Source: an uncultured Chloroflexia bacterium (lineage in GTDB: Bacteria; Chloroflexota; Limnocylindria; Limnocylindrales; CSP1-4). Taken from it: 64,000 bases of DNA. Shown in pieces: positions 30,316-40,674 of this stretch. Every line of letters begins with the position of its first letter. Positions within the stretch are counted from its first letter, which is position 1. The position numbers and the translations under genes were made by a program. A model generated the notes under the pieces. The model searched no databases, had not been told where the DNA came from, and saw nothing but the letters and a program-made list of their open reading frames with translations. The stretch lies in contig CAWHRB010000001.1 of NCBI GenBank assembly GCA_963831715.1, positions 640,306-704,305 of the forward strand, read 5' to 3'.

Positions 30316-32054
30316 GGCGACCCGTCTCGGTGCTCGTCGGTGTCGCTGTCCTCCCAGCGCAGCAGCTCGAGGGCGGCGCGGGCGCGCGCCAGCGCCTCCT
30401 CGGTCGATGGTCCGATGACGGTCACATGACCCATCTTGCGGCGCTCGAAGACCTGCCGCTTGTCGTATAGGTGCAGGTGCACGGCCGGGTCGGCCATGGC
30501 GCGTGCCAGCCCCAGCGGCTCGAGGTGAGCGGGGCGTGCCGGACCCGTGCCGAGGAGGTTGACCATCGCGGTCGGGGCGAGCGCCTCGGTCGAGCCGAGG
30601 TCGAGGCCGCAGACCGCCCGGACGTGCTGTTCGAACTGCGACGTCACGGCACCTTCGATCGTCCAGTGCCCGCTGTTGTGGACCCGCGGCGCGAGCTCGT
30701 TGGCGACGAGCCGCTGGTCGGGCATCAGGAAGAGCTCGACGGTGAGCAGTCCGGTCACGCCCATCATCACGGCCAGCCGCTCCCCGATCGAGACGGCACG
30801 GTCGGCAACGTCCGGGTCGACCGCGGCGGGCGCCACGCTCTCGAGCAGGATCCCGGCGTCATGCCGGTTGCAGGCGAGTGGGTAGGTCGCGATGCTCCCG
30901 ACCGAGCTACGCGCGACCACGACCGACAGCTCGGCCTGGAACGCAAGCTCGGCTTCTGCGAGCACCACCTCGCCGGCGGGACGCCCCAGCCGTTCGAGGG
31001 CATCGTCGAGCTCCCGCCGGTCCCCGACCCGCACCTGGCCCCGACCGTCGTAGCCGCCGGTCGCCACCTTGATCCGCATCGGCAGCCCGATCGCATCGGC
31101 GGCCGCGCGCAGGTCCTCGGTCGAGCGAACCTCGCGCCATGGAGCCACGCCGACGCCGGCCGTCTCGAGGAACCGACGCTCGGCGATCCGGTCCTGGGTC
31201 ACGTGCAGCGGCAAGCGACCGGGGCGGACGGATCGCACCGAGTCGACCGCATCGACGACCTCGGTCGCGACGTGCTCGAGCTCATAGGTGACCACGTCGC
31301 TCCATCCGGCCAGGCGGAGCGCCGCACCGACATCGTCATAGCCGGACACCACGACCCGATCCGCGATACCGGCCGCCGGACAGTCCGGATCCGGATCGAG
31401 GACGGCGATCCGATAGCCCATCGCCCTGGCGGCCATGCCGATCATCCGTCCGAGCTGGCCGCCGCCGAGGATGCCGATCGTGGCCGGCGGGACGACCGGC
31501 CGACGCTCGACGCCGATGCGGCGATGGACCTCGGAGATCCATGCCTGTTTGCGGTACGTGTACTGGTGCGGCTCGATCGGGCCGTCGGACACGATGCCGG
31601 TCTTGAGCTCGGCATAGCCCTCGACGAGCGTCGGGTCGGCAAGCAGCGCGTCGCGGAACGCCACGTCCCGTTGGAGCTCCTCGGTGTCGGGCAGGACGTG
31701 GCAATGGATGCGGAACGTCGTGCCGCCACGGACCAGGGAGCCCACCAGCATGGGCCGGCTCGGCGGCCACGGATCGGGACCGGGCTGCGGCCCGAACCCG
31801 AGCTCCCGGAGCATCGCCGCAACGGCCGGGACATCCTCCGGCGTGGTCGCTATGGCGAGATCGACGATGCCCTTGCCGGGCAATCCGGGGACGGCCGTGC
31901 TGCCGATGTGCTCGACCGCCAGGTCCGGCCGGCGCTCGCCGATGAGCTCGGTGACGGCCTTCGCGACCTCGATCGCCCGAGGATCCCACGGCTCGACCGT
32001 CGCGGGCAGTCGGACGTACGGCCCGATCGGCGGGTTCACCGAGGGAGTGTAGAC
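30312..32054 (-). CDS. purK: GrpB-domain / N5-carboxyaminoimidazole ribonucleotide synthase (PurK) fusion protein
   Basis: N-terminal GrpB/UPF0157 domain (…[24 protein letters not shown]…) continues in-frame without stop into ATP-grasp PurK ([14 protein letters not shown]…); start estimated. Confidence 0.65.
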   Translation of the reverse strand, partial: VYTPSVNPPIGPYVRLPATVEPWDPRAIEVAKAVTELIGERRPDLAVEHIGSTAVPGLPGKGIVDLAIATTPEDVPAVAAMLRELGFGPQPGPDPWPPSRPMLVGSLVRGGTTFRIHCHVLPDTEELQRDVAFRDALLADPTLVEGYAELKTGIVSDGPIEPHQYTYRKQAWISEVHRRIGVERRPVVPPATIGILGGGQLGRMIGMAARAMGYRIAVLDPDPDCPAAGIADRVVVSGYDDVGAALRLAGWSDVVTYELEHVATEVVDAVDSVRSVRPGRLPLHVTQDRIAERRFLETAGVGVAPWREVRSTEDLRAAADAIGLPMRIKVATGGYDGRGQVRVGDRRELDDALERLGRPAGEVVLAEAELAFQAELSVVVARSSVGSIATYPLACNRHDAGILLESVAPAAVDPDVADRAVSIGERLAVMMGVTGLLTVELFLMPDQRLVANELAPRVHNSGHWTIEGAVTSQFEQHVRAVCGLDLGSTEALAPTAMVNLLGTGPARPAHLEPLGLARAMADPAVHLHLYDKRQVFERRKMGHVTVIGPSTEEALARARAALELLRWEDSDTDEHRDGSP

Positions 32055-32142
32055 TGCGGCCCCATGCGACACGTCATCGGCCGACGACGCCCTCGAGGTG
32101 GACGTCGGATAAGTCACCGACCTGATCGCCCGGGCCGACCGG

Positions 32143-32700
32143 GTGATCGTGGATCTCGGCACCGGCGACGGCCGTGCCGTGATCGCCCGCGCGGCAGCCG
32201 AGCCCTGCGCGCTGGTCATCGGCATCGACGCTGCGGCGGCATCGATGGCCGAGTTCGTCGCGTCGTGCCGATCGGCGCGGACCCCACAACGCCCTGTTCC
32301 TGGCGGCCGGCGCGGCGGCGCTTGGTGGGTCACCGCTCGCGGGCCAGGCCGACGTCATGACCGTCACGTTCCCCTGGGGTTCGCTGCTACGAGGCGTGCT
32401 CGGCCGTGACGAGGCGTCGCTCCGTGGCATCGCGTCGATCGTCCGGCCCGGCGGTCGCGGTCGAGGTCATGGCGTCGGTCGTGCCGGCTGACCGGCTCGA
32501 CGGCATCGACTGCCTCGATGCATCGATCCGTCCGGCCATCGCCGACGCCTGGCTGGCCGCAGGGCTGCGCCTCACGGAGATGCGGCCGGCCACGGCCTGC
32601 CGAGGTCGCGGCGAGCGGCTCCACCTGGGCGCGGCGCCTCGGCGCCGAGCGACCGGTGTGGCGGCTGACGGGTGTCCGCTCGGCTAGCATCGAGCCATGA
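32143..32700 (+). pseudogene. Class I SAM-dependent methyltransferase, three or more frameshifts
   Basis: Motif I VIVDLGTGDG, then NALFLAAGAAALGG…FPWGSLLRG…RPGG and C-terminus in two other frames; terminal ATGA overlap with nucleoside hydrolase. Confidence 0.5.
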
Positions 32701-33776
32701 CCGGACCCGCCGCGGCGACCACCTCGCTGATCCTCGACGTCGACACGGGCATCGACGACAGCCTCGCACTGCTCTACGCGGTCGCGTCCCCGGAGGCGGA
32801 CCTCGTCGCGGTCACGTGCGTGTCCGGCAATGTCGAGGCGCGGCAGGTCGCGGCGAACACCCTCGCCGTCCTCGAGCTGGCCGGTCGAACCGACATCGAC
32901 GTGGCCGTCGGCCGCGAGATCCCCCTAAAACGGCCGCTCGAGACGACGCCCGAGACGCATGGCCCGGCCGGCATCGGCTACGCCGAGCTGCCACCACCAC
33001 GGCGCCCGGTCAGCGATCGATACGGCGTCGACGTGATCGTCGAGGCGGCTCGGGCTCGACCCGGTGAGGTCACCCTGGTGACCCTCGGTCCGCTGACCAA
33101 CCTCGCGGTCGCGCTGGAGCGCGAACCCGCGCTGCCGCGCCTGCTGCGACGGCACGTGCTGATGGGCGGCGCGTTCGGCGCTCCCGGCAACACGACCCCG
33201 ACCACGGAGTGGAACATCCATTGCGACCCGGACGCGGCACGGATCGCCTTCCGGGCCTGGGGCGATGCCATCGCATCGGACCCGTCGGTGCCGCGACCGG
33301 TCGCCCTCGGCCTCGACGTCACCGAGAAGGCACGGATCGGGCCGGAGCATGTCGTCGCCCTCGCCCGCCGCGCAGGCAGCACGCCCGACGATTCGCTCGG
33401 TGCACCCGGCGACGACCCGCTCGCTCCCGGCCGATCCGTCGCGTCGAACCCGGTCATCCGGTTCGTCGCCGACGCCCTGCGCTTCTACTTCGAGTTCCAT
33501 CAACGCTACGACGGCTTCTACGGCGCGTACATCCACGACCCGCTGGCGGTCGCGGCGGCCCTCGACCCGCGGCTCATCACCACCGAGGCGCTCTACGTCG
33601 ACGTGGAGACGAGCGGCGAGCTGACGACCGGCATGACCGTCGCTGACCGGCGGCGGCTTACCGAGAAGCCGCCGAACCTCGACGTGGCGGCGACGGCCGA
33701 TGTCGAGACCTTCCTCGACCGATTGATCGAGCGGGTGGGCGGCCTCGCTGCCGAACGGGCGGGCGTCCCGACGTAG
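32697..33776 (+). CDS. Nucleoside hydrolase (IU-NH family)
   Basis: N-terminal DVDTGIDDSLAL signature. Confidence 0.85.
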   Translation: MTGPAAATTSLILDVDTGIDDSLALLYAVASPEADLVAVTCVSGNVEARQVAANTLAVLELAGRTDIDVAVGREIPLKRPLETTPETHGPAGIGYAELPPPRRPVSDRYGVDVIVEAARARPGEVTLVTLGPLTNLAVALEREPALPRLLRRHVLMGGAFGAPGNTTPTTEWNIHCDPDAARIAFRAWGDAIASDPSVPRPVALGLDVTEKARIGPEHVVALARRAGSTPDDSLGAPGDDPLAPGRSVASNPVIRFVADALRFYFEFHQRYDGFYGAYIHDPLAVAAALDPRLITTEALYVDVETSGELTTGMTVADRRRLTEKPPNLDVAATADVETFLDRLIERVGGLAAERAGVPT

Positions 33777-33808
33777 CCCTCGCTCAGGACGCCGGGTTGC
33801 ACTCCGAC

Positions 33809-34206
33809 CTAGCGGTCGCGGCCGACGACCAGCAGCAGGAACGACGTCTCGATCACGTCGATGCCGGCGATGACTGCGGCGATGATCAGCGGCAGCGGGT
33901 TGGCCAAGGCCCAGCCGGCCGCGGCAGCGAACGCGGCCACGGCGAGGAACGCCAACCTGACGGCGCGGATGAGCCCGGGGACATCGGTCTGGCCGGAGGC
34001 CTCCATACGTGACACCGCGCGCACCAGCAGCATCACCCCGAGGGCCACGGCGAGCCCGACCAGGAACGCGCGCACCAACGGCGGTGGGCTGACGATCGCA
34101 TCGAGCCACCCGGCGTTCCAGCCGGCCACGGTCGCGAGGACGACCGCGAGCAGCCCGAGCGCGATGGCGATCGACGCCCCGAGCCGCGGCCGAGACGCCT
34201 GCCTCA
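33809..34206 (-). CDS. Small membrane protein
   Basis: 3-4 hydrophobic helices; start at MRQASRP. Confidence 0.4.
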
Positions 34207-34671
34207 TCCCTCGACGACGTCGAGGGCCACCTCGTGGACCGACCCGTCGACGATCCGCCACGCCCTGATGCTGGGCGCGCCGGAGGCCGGGTGGGCTTCG
34301 TCATCCGACAACGAAACCAGGACGTACAGCGCATCCGGGTAGAACGCCAGCCCGACGTCCGTCGGTGAGGGCACGGCCGGCGTGTGGGTGTGCGAATGGA
34401 CGATTCCCCAAAACACCTCGTCGGCGTCGTCGGTGGCGATGGTCAGCCGGTACAGGTCGTCCGGGTGGATCTCGTAGCGGTACGGGGAGCCGGCCGCGTT
34501 GCGGGTCGGCTCGAACCGCAGGGCCCGGCCGCCGTCGGCGGCTGGACCGTTCCCCACGATGAGCCCGCATGCCTCGTTCGGGGCGCCGGTGCGCGCATGG
34601 TCGATGAGCGACTGGACAATCGTCGCCGGGATCGCGGCTGCCGCCGGGCCGGGATGGACGGGCCTCACCAC
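34204..34671 (-). CDS. mec: Mov34/MPN/JAMM metalloprotease (Mec+ type, CysO-cysteine peptidase)
   Basis: JAMM motif HSHTHTPAVPSPTD and upstream Glu; operon with cysO/cysM. Confidence 0.75.
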   Translation of the reverse strand: MVRPVHPGPAAAAIPATIVQSLIDHARTGAPNEACGLIVGNGPAADGGRALRFEPTRNAAGSPYRYEIHPDDLYRLTIATDDADEVFWGIVHSHTHTPAVPSPTDVGLAFYPDALYVLVSLSDDEAHPASGAPSIRAWRIVDGSVHEVALDVVEG

Positions 34672-35678
34672 CAGTTGACGCCGCCCTCGAGTGCCTCCTG
34701 CATCTCATCGAAGGAGGTCGTGAACGTGCCCGCCGACAGGTATTTCCACCCGCCATCGGGGAGGAGGGCGACGATCGTCCCGTCGCGCATGCTGGCCGCC
34801 TCCCGCGCAGCTGCCACCAGCACCGCCCCGCACGACGGACCGCCGAAGATGCCCTCGCGGAAGACCAGCTCGCGGAGCGCCGTCAGGGCGTCGAGGTTCG
34901 AGACGAGGTACTTCGCATCGAGCGCCTCGGGTTCGAGGATCTCCGGGATGAAGCCCTCGTCGAGGGAGCGCAGACCCTGCACCTGCTCACCGGGCAGCGG
35001 CTCGGCGGCGACGATGCGGACACCCGGCTTGTGCTCGCGCAGGAAGCGCGACACGCCCATCAACGTGCCGGCCGTGCCCAGCCCGGCGACGAAGACGTCG
35101 ATCTCCGGGCAGTCGGCCAGGATCTCCGGACCGGTCGTCTCGTAGTGCGCCTGCGGGTTCGCCGGGTTGCCGTACTGGTACGGCATGACGAAGCGGTCGT
35201 CCTTCTCGACGAGGTGCTTGGCAAGCGCGATGGCGCCGTTCGATCCGAGCGCGCCCGGCGAGTCGATGACCTCGGCGCCGAACAGCGCCGCCATCTGGCG
35301 ACGTTCGTTCGTCACGTTGTCGGGCATGACGAGGGCGACTCGATAGCCCTTGCGCCGACCGATCATCGCGAGCGCGATGCCCGTGTTGCCCGACGTCGGC
35401 TCGAGGATGATCGAGTCCTCGCGCAAAAGCCCGCGCACCTCGAGGTCCTCGATGAGGTACTTCGCGACCCGGTCCTTGACCGACCCGGTCGGGTTGAGCA
35501 TCTCGAGCTTGGCGAAGATGCGCACCGACGGGTTCGGGCTCATCCGCGGGATCTCGACCAGCGGCGTATGGCCGATGGCGTCCAGGATGTCCGCGTAGCG
35601 GCCGCCGTGGGGTGCAAGGTCTTCGTGGGCGTGGTGATGGTCGTGGGCGGCCTCGTCGATCCGCCACGGGACGGCCAC
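34665..35678 (-). CDS. cysM: Cysteine synthase (CysM-type, CysO-thiocarboxylate-dependent O-phosphoserine sulfhydrylase likely)
   Basis: PLP-dependent CysK/CysM fold (…NPTGSVKDR…, SGNTG…); His-rich N-terminal tail; start approximate. Confidence 0.8.
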   Translation of the reverse strand: MAVPWRIDEAAHDHHHAHEDLAPHGGRYADILDAIGHTPLVEIPRMSPNPSVRIFAKLEMLNPTGSVKDRVAKYLIEDLEVRGLLREDSIILEPTSGNTGIALAMIGRRKGYRVALVMPDNVTNERRQMAALFGAEVIDSPGALGSNGAIALAKHLVEKDDRFVMPYQYGNPANPQAHYETTGPEILADCPEIDVFVAGLGTAGTLMGVSRFLREHKPGVRIVAAEPLPGEQVQGLRSLDEGFIPEILEPEALDAKYLVSNLDALTALRELVFREGIFGGPSCGAVLVAAAREAASMRDGTIVALLPDGGWKYLSAGTFTTSFDEMQEALEGGVNWW

Positions 35679-35679
35679 G

Positions 35680-35952
35680 TCAGCCGCCGGCCATCGCCGG
35701 CAGGAGCCGGACCTCATCGCTCCCGGCCACCGGGGTGTCGAGACCGGCGAGGTAGCGGACGTCCTGCCCGTTCACGTATACGTTGACGAAGCGGTTCAGG
35801 TCGCCCTGGTCCGTCAACAACTGACCGCCGAGCGACGGATGTCGCTCGATCAGGCCGTTCACGACCGAGCGGATGGAGTCGCCCTCGACCTCCACCGACT
35901 TCGCGCCACCGACCGTCGAACGGAGGACCGACGGGATGTAGACGGTGCTCAC
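35680..35952 (-). CDS. cysO: Sulfur carrier protein CysO (ThiS/MoaD fold, C-terminal GG)
   Basis: 90 aa ending …LLPAMAGG*. Confidence 0.8.
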   Translation of the reverse strand: MSTVYIPSVLRSTVGGAKSVEVEGDSIRSVVNGLIERHPSLGGQLLTDQGDLNRFVNVYVNGQDVRYLAGLDTPVAGSDEVRLLPAMAGG

Positions 35953-37175
35953 GCGCGCGCCTCAGGCGAGACGGAGCCAGCCAACCCGGTGGTCGTCATG
36001 ACGAACGGCGCGTCGCCACCGACGTTCGCGACCGACAACGGGCGCCCGGCTTTGCGCGCTTCGACCGCCGCGTCCGAGCAGACGGGGCACTGCGGATCGC
36101 GCCGGAGCTGCAACTCGGTGAACTCGGTTTCCAGCGCGTCGAACAGGACAAGGCGGCCGGCGAGCGTGGTCCCGATCCCGAGCAGCACCTTGAGCGCCTC
36201 GTTCGTCTGGAGCAGACCGAGGATGCCGGGGACGACGCCGAGCACACCAGCGACCGAGCAGCCCGGGGCGAGCTCGGGCGGTGGCGGGGTCGGGTACAGG
36301 CAGCGATAGCACGGCCCTTCGTAGGGGATGAACGTCGTGAGCTGGCCCTCGAAGCGGAAGACGCTCGCGTGCATGACCGGGATGCCGGCAGCGACCGCGG
36401 CATCGTTGAGGACATAGCGCGTCTCGAACGTGTCGGTGCCGTCGAGGATGACGTCGTACCCCTCGATGAGCCGCTGCACGTTGTCGGCCGTCAGCATCTC
36501 CTCATGCTCGACGACTTTCACGTCCGGGTTGAGGGCGTTGATCGCGATCCGTGCCGACTCGACCTTGCGCTCACCGATCCGGTCGGTGGTATGGATGATC
36601 TGGCGCTGGAGATTGCTGAGATCGACGACGTCGAAGTCGACCAGGCCGATCGTGCCGACGCCGGCCGCGGCCAGATACAACGCGGCCGGGCTGCCCAGGC
36701 CGCCGGCGCCGATGAGCAGCGCCTTCGACTCGAGCAGCTTCTGCTGCCCGGCCGATCCGACCTCGGGGATCAGAAGATGGCGGCTATAGCGCTGCTTCTG
36801 CTCAGCGCCCAGGACGACGGGCGTCTCGAAGTCGAAGCCCGCCCCCTTCCAGCCCTGGAAGCCACCGGACATGCTCGCGACGTCGGTGTAGCCCATGTCG
36901 GCCATGGTCTGGGCAGCGAAGAGCGAGCGGATGCCACCCGCGCAGTACAGGATGACCGGGGCGTCATGGTCGGGCGCCGCGGCCTCGATCTGCTGCTCGA
37001 TGTAGCTCTTCGAGACGTGATGGGCGCCAGGGATGTAGCCCTGCTCCCACTCGGACGCCTCGCGCACGTCGACGATCGTCGCGGCGCCCGCGGGCAGGGA
37101 TTCGACTTCCTGCGGCGTGACTTCGCGGATCTGGCTGCGGGCCTCCCGGAGGAGGTCGGCGTAGGACTTCGGCAT
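35949..37175 (-). CDS. E1-like adenylyltransferase/sulfurtransferase (MoeZ/MoeB-ThiF family) with the rhodanese domain at the N-terminus
   Basis: N-terminal rhodanese (…ILYCAGGIRS…) followed by ThiF domain (LLIGAGGLGSPAALYLAAAGVG, CYRC). Confidence 0.75.
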   Translation of the reverse strand: MPKSYADLLREARSQIREVTPQEVESLPAGAATIVDVREASEWEQGYIPGAHHVSKSYIEQQIEAAAPDHDAPVILYCAGGIRSLFAAQTMADMGYTDVASMSGGFQGWKGAGFDFETPVVLGAEQKQRYSRHLLIPEVGSAGQQKLLESKALLIGAGGLGSPAALYLAAAGVGTIGLVDFDVVDLSNLQRQIIHTTDRIGERKVESARIAINALNPDVKVVEHEEMLTADNVQRLIEGYDVILDGTDTFETRYVLNDAAVAAGIPVMHASVFRFEGQLTTFIPYEGPCYRCLYPTPPPPELAPGCSVAGVLGVVPGILGLLQTNEALKVLLGIGTTLAGRLVLFDALETEFTELQLRRDPQCPVCSDAAVEARKAGRPLSVANVGGDAPFVMTTTGLAGSVSPEARA

Positions 37176-37303
37176 GGGGCTGATGGTGACTCCGGTGTTC
37201 GACGGGCTGGCTCGCCAAGGCGGCCAGGGCGGTGGTTGGCTGGGGTCGCGACGCGCGCCGGCTCAGGCCGGCCGGCGACACCTGCAGCGGCGCTCGATCC
37301 CGT

Positions 37304-37741
37304 TCACGCCTGGCTCCCCTGGGCCGTCGCGCCCTCGCGAGCGACACCGAGATCGCCGAGGACATGCTGGAGGCTGTCGTGGCTGAGCATCGCGCACTTG
37401 AGGCGCGCGGGGCTGATATCGATGCCGAGCAGCTCGAGCAGGTCGTCTGCGCCGATCGCCGCCACGTCGTTGAGCGGCTTGCCCTTGATCTCGTCGGTCA
37501 GGAGGCTCGCGCTCGCCTGGCTGATCGCGCAGCCACGGCCGGTGAACCCGACCCGATCGACGACGCCGTCCTTGACCCCGACCATGAGCGTGATCCGATC
37601 GCCGCACAGCGGGTTCGAACCTTCATAGCTGGCATCGGCATCCTCGACCACCCCGAAGTTGTGGGGCTGGCGGTAGTGCTCGAGGATGTAATCGCGGTAC
37701 AGGTCGTCCATCGGAACATCGAGTGTAGCGCGGAACGCCAA
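37304..37741 (-). CDS. sufU: SufU/IscU-type Fe-S cluster assembly scaffold (NifU family)
   Basis: …LYRDYILEHYRQPHNFG…SNPLCGD…GRGCAISQASASL…; true start may be internal (MDDLYRDY). Confidence 0.8.
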   Translation of the reverse strand: MAFRATLDVPMDDLYRDYILEHYRQPHNFGVVEDADASYEGSNPLCGDRITLMVGVKDGVVDRVGFTGRGCAISQASASLLTDEIKGKPLNDVAAIGADDLLELLGIDISPARLKCAMLSHDSLQHVLGDLGVAREGATAQGSQA

Positions 37742-37764
37742 TCCCGACCACTGGGGTCGGGATT
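37740..37764. promoter_or_regulatory. Perfect palindrome AATCCCGACC-ACTGG-GGTCGGGATT in divergent sufU / unknown-gene promoter
   Basis: 10-bp inverted repeat with 5-nt spacer seen directly. Confidence 0.45.
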
Positions 37765-37906
37765 AGGTCGTGTCTCGGGCGATGCGCCGCCAGCGGCGAC
37801 GCGTTCGCACACGGTTCCGCCATAAGCTCTCACCTCGGTGCCTGCCTGCAACGGACCGTTGTGCCGCCTCGCTGGTACGAGCGGACAGGCGTGCAGGAGT
37901 GCCGCT

Positions 37907-39208
37907 ATGGCTATCGTCCTGACGGTGGCCACGAACGTCGCAGACGCCCTAGGCGTCGCCCTCGGCGGAGTCGCGCAGAAGCGCGGGCTGATCCCGCGCG
38001 TCCCGGACGGCGATCGGCTGCTGGCCGATGCCGGCGTCTGGCTGAACGGTGAGTATGCCGACGCCGTCCGCTCCACCCACCAGCGGACGTTGCCCGGTGG
38101 CGAGATCGCCCTGGCCGTCGACCTCCATCCGGCCGCGTCCCCGCTCCTGCTGACCGCGGATGATGAGGGGCGTGTCACGCTCGTGGCGGAGACCGGCGCC
38201 GCTGGTCCCGGCTATCACCGCTTCGTCGGTCGCGTCCTCGAGCGACTCAGCGGGGAGCTCGCCATCCAATGGACCGATGGCGACGGTGCGACGGCGTTCG
38301 TCGACCGCCAGGGAGCCGAGCAGCTCTACCTCGGCTGGCTGGGGCCGCAGCTGGCCGCGGCGCTCACGCGAGCGCGACGTGGCGAGCGGGGCATCCCGCT
38401 CGGGCTGCCTGTCGGGACGCGGGTGACCACGGAGGCGGCGATGGCGACCGTCATGGGTCCGCGCGACGAGGCCTGGCTCGAGGCGGCCATCGCCGATCCA
38501 CGGGTCGCCCTAAGCATCACGCCGTGGTGGGCCGACGCGACCGACGGCCAGTACCTGCTGAACCGGGCGCTCGTCCTGATGTGGCTACAGGTTCGCTGGC
38601 GGACGCCGGCGATGGAGGGTGAGGCTGACCTGTTCGACGAGGTCCATCGACTGCTCTCCCGCGCCTATCCGTTCGATCCGGGGCTCGAGTACCCGTGGCA
38701 CGCCTGGACCGAGTTGACGGGGCTGCGCGGCATCGACGACCCGATGGCCCGCCAGGCCGCGCAGCGAGCGAGCGCGGTCTCGGCCGAGGACCCGCCCGTC
38801 GGCTATCGGCGCGACTCGGTGGTCATCAGCCACGAGGGCTGGGCGCTCGAAGTCCCCGGGGCCTTCGCCGAGCGCCGATCCGCCGAGGAATGGTGGGGTG
38901 GCGGCACGGGCCGGAACATCACACTGGCCGCGACGACGACGGGCGACGCCGACGGGACACCGATGGGCGCCCACGATTTCATCGACCAGTTCGCGGTCGA
39001 CCTCGGACCGGACGCGATCACGCACCGCTCGGGCGCAGTGCTGGGCCGAGCGAGGCTCATGACCGACGCCTCATCCGGCGTCGAGGTCGGGATCCTCGAG
39101 GGCTATTCGGCGGTGAGCGGCTCGGGCGCCGCGATCAAGATCGAATTCGACGACCCGGGCGATTGGCAGTGGGCGCTCGACATGTGGCGGTCGCTCGCCC
39201 CGGGCTGA
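37907..39208 (+). CDS. Hypothetical soluble protein (433 aa) inserted between sufU and sufS on the opposite strand
   Basis: Long ORF with coding-like composition, ATG 37907; no motif recognised. Confidence 0.5.
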   Translation: MAIVLTVATNVADALGVALGGVAQKRGLIPRVPDGDRLLADAGVWLNGEYADAVRSTHQRTLPGGEIALAVDLHPAASPLLLTADDEGRVTLVAETGAAGPGYHRFVGRVLERLSGELAIQWTDGDGATAFVDRQGAEQLYLGWLGPQLAAALTRARRGERGIPLGLPVGTRVTTEAAMATVMGPRDEAWLEAAIADPRVALSITPWWADATDGQYLLNRALVLMWLQVRWRTPAMEGEADLFDEVHRLLSRAYPFDPGLEYPWHAWTELTGLRGIDDPMARQAAQRASAVSAEDPPVGYRRDSVVISHEGWALEVPGAFAERRSAEEWWGGGTGRNITLAATTTGDADGTPMGAHDFIDQFAVDLGPDAITHRSGAVLGRARLMTDASSGVEVGILEGYSAVSGSGAAIKIEFDDPGDWQWALDMWRSLAPG

Positions 39209-39406
39209 ACGGGGGGGCGCCCCGGCCCCCTCCCCGCCGAACTGCCAGTTCCGGTGCAGCCCACGAACGTGCAGGGCTGGGTAGCCCAGACGACGATGGA
39301 TGTCGCATCCGCGCTTCGGCCATGCTTGTTCGTGCGGGCGACCGGAACTCTCAGTTCCGCCAAGCTGGCGTGGGTCGGTGAGCCGACACGTACCGCCGCT
39401 CCGCCC
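39209..39406. other. Structured convergent intergenic region (G/C palindrome GGGGGGCGCCCC, hairpins CCGAACTG-c-CAGTTCGG-like and CCGGAACT-ctc-AGTTCCGG); bidirectional terminator or sRNA
   Basis: Inverted repeats seen in sequence; no ORF. Confidence 0.3.
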
Positions 39407-40665
39407 CTATCGGTCGAAGAGGCGCCAGACCTCCTGCAGCCCGGCCGCGAGGCGGTCGATGTCCTCGGTCGTCGTGTAGACGCTGAAGCTCGCGCGGGCG
39501 GTCGCCGCGAGATCGAGCCGCTCGTGGAGAGGCATCGTGCAGTGGTGCCCGGCGCGGACGGCGATCCCGTACCGATCGAGCACCTGCGCCACATCGTGGG
39601 GATGGATGCCCGGCAGGTTGAACGGCACGACACCGCCCCGCTGGTCGGGGTCCAGCGGTCCATACAGCTCGATCTGCGGGACCTGCCGCGGAAGCAGCTC
39701 GAGGGCGTACGTCACGAGCGACCGTTCGTGCTCCCGCACGGCGTCCATCCCCAGGCCCATCAGGTAGTCCGCCGCGACCCCGAGCCCGATCGAATCGGCG
39801 ACAGCCGGCGTCCCGGCCTCGAACTTCCAGGGGACCTCGTTGAACTCGCTGCGCCGGAGGTGGACCTCGCGGATCATCTCGCCGCCGGCCAGGAACGGGG
39901 GCATCGACTCGAGCAGCTCTCGGCGTGCCCACAGCGCGCCCGAGCCCATCGGCGCGAGCATCTTGTGGCCGCTGAACGCGTAGAAGTCGCAGCCGATCTC
40001 CTGCACGTCGACGGGCACGTGCGGCACGGCCTGCGCACCGTCGACGAGGACCAGCGCTCCCGCCGCGTGCGCCATCTCGGTCATCTCGCGGACGGGGTTG
40101 ATGGTGCCGAGCGTGTTCGACACGTGGGTGAACGCGACGAGCTTCGGCTTCAGGCGGAGCAGCACCTCGAAGACGTCGAGGCGCAGCTCGCCCTCATCGG
40201 TGATGGGGATGAACTCGAGGTCGCCGTCCTGCTCCTGCACGAGGAGCTGCCACGGGACGAGGTTGGCGTGATGCTCCATCTCGGTCAGGACGATCGCGTC
40301 GCCGCGCGAGATGTTGCGCCGGCCCCACGAATACGAGACGAGGTTGATCGCCTCGGTCGCGTTGCGGGTGAAGACGATCTCGTGGCTGTCGGGGGCGTTG
40401 ATGAACCGCCCGACCGTGGCCCGGGCCCGCTCGTAGGCGGCTGTCGCGCGCTCGCCGATCGTGTAGATGCCGCGGTGGACGTTGGCGTTGTACTCGCGGT
40501 AGTAGTCGGCGACGGCGTCGATCACGACCGCCGGCTTCTGGCTGCTCGACGCTGAGTCGAGGTAGGTCAGCGGATGGCCGTTGATCTCTGCGACAGGATC
40601 GGGAAGTCGCGCCGCAGCGCGACCGGGTCGAGGGTGGGCCTGGGAGTGGACGCCTCGATCGCCAT
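39407..40665 (-). pseudogene. sufS: Cysteine desulfurase SufS, one-base deletion near 40575
   Basis: N-terminus MAIEASTPRPTLDPVALRRDFPILSQ in one frame, (E)INGHPLTYLDSASSSQKPAVVIDAVADYY… onward in SufS frame; rest intact (…HK…). May be sequencing error. Confidence 0.7.
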
Positions 40666-40674
40666 CGGGTCCCG

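Noticed and set aside
30471-32360. 629-aa ORF on the plus strand opposite GrpB-purK. Similar long antisense ORFs occur at 1492-2538, 9143-11122, 39254-40555, 46434-48263, 50136-52508 and 52046-54373.
   Set aside because: These are Arg/Pro/Gly-rich low-complexity translations. They lie exactly opposite genes with clear homology, which is typical of shadow ORFs in 70%-GC DNA.
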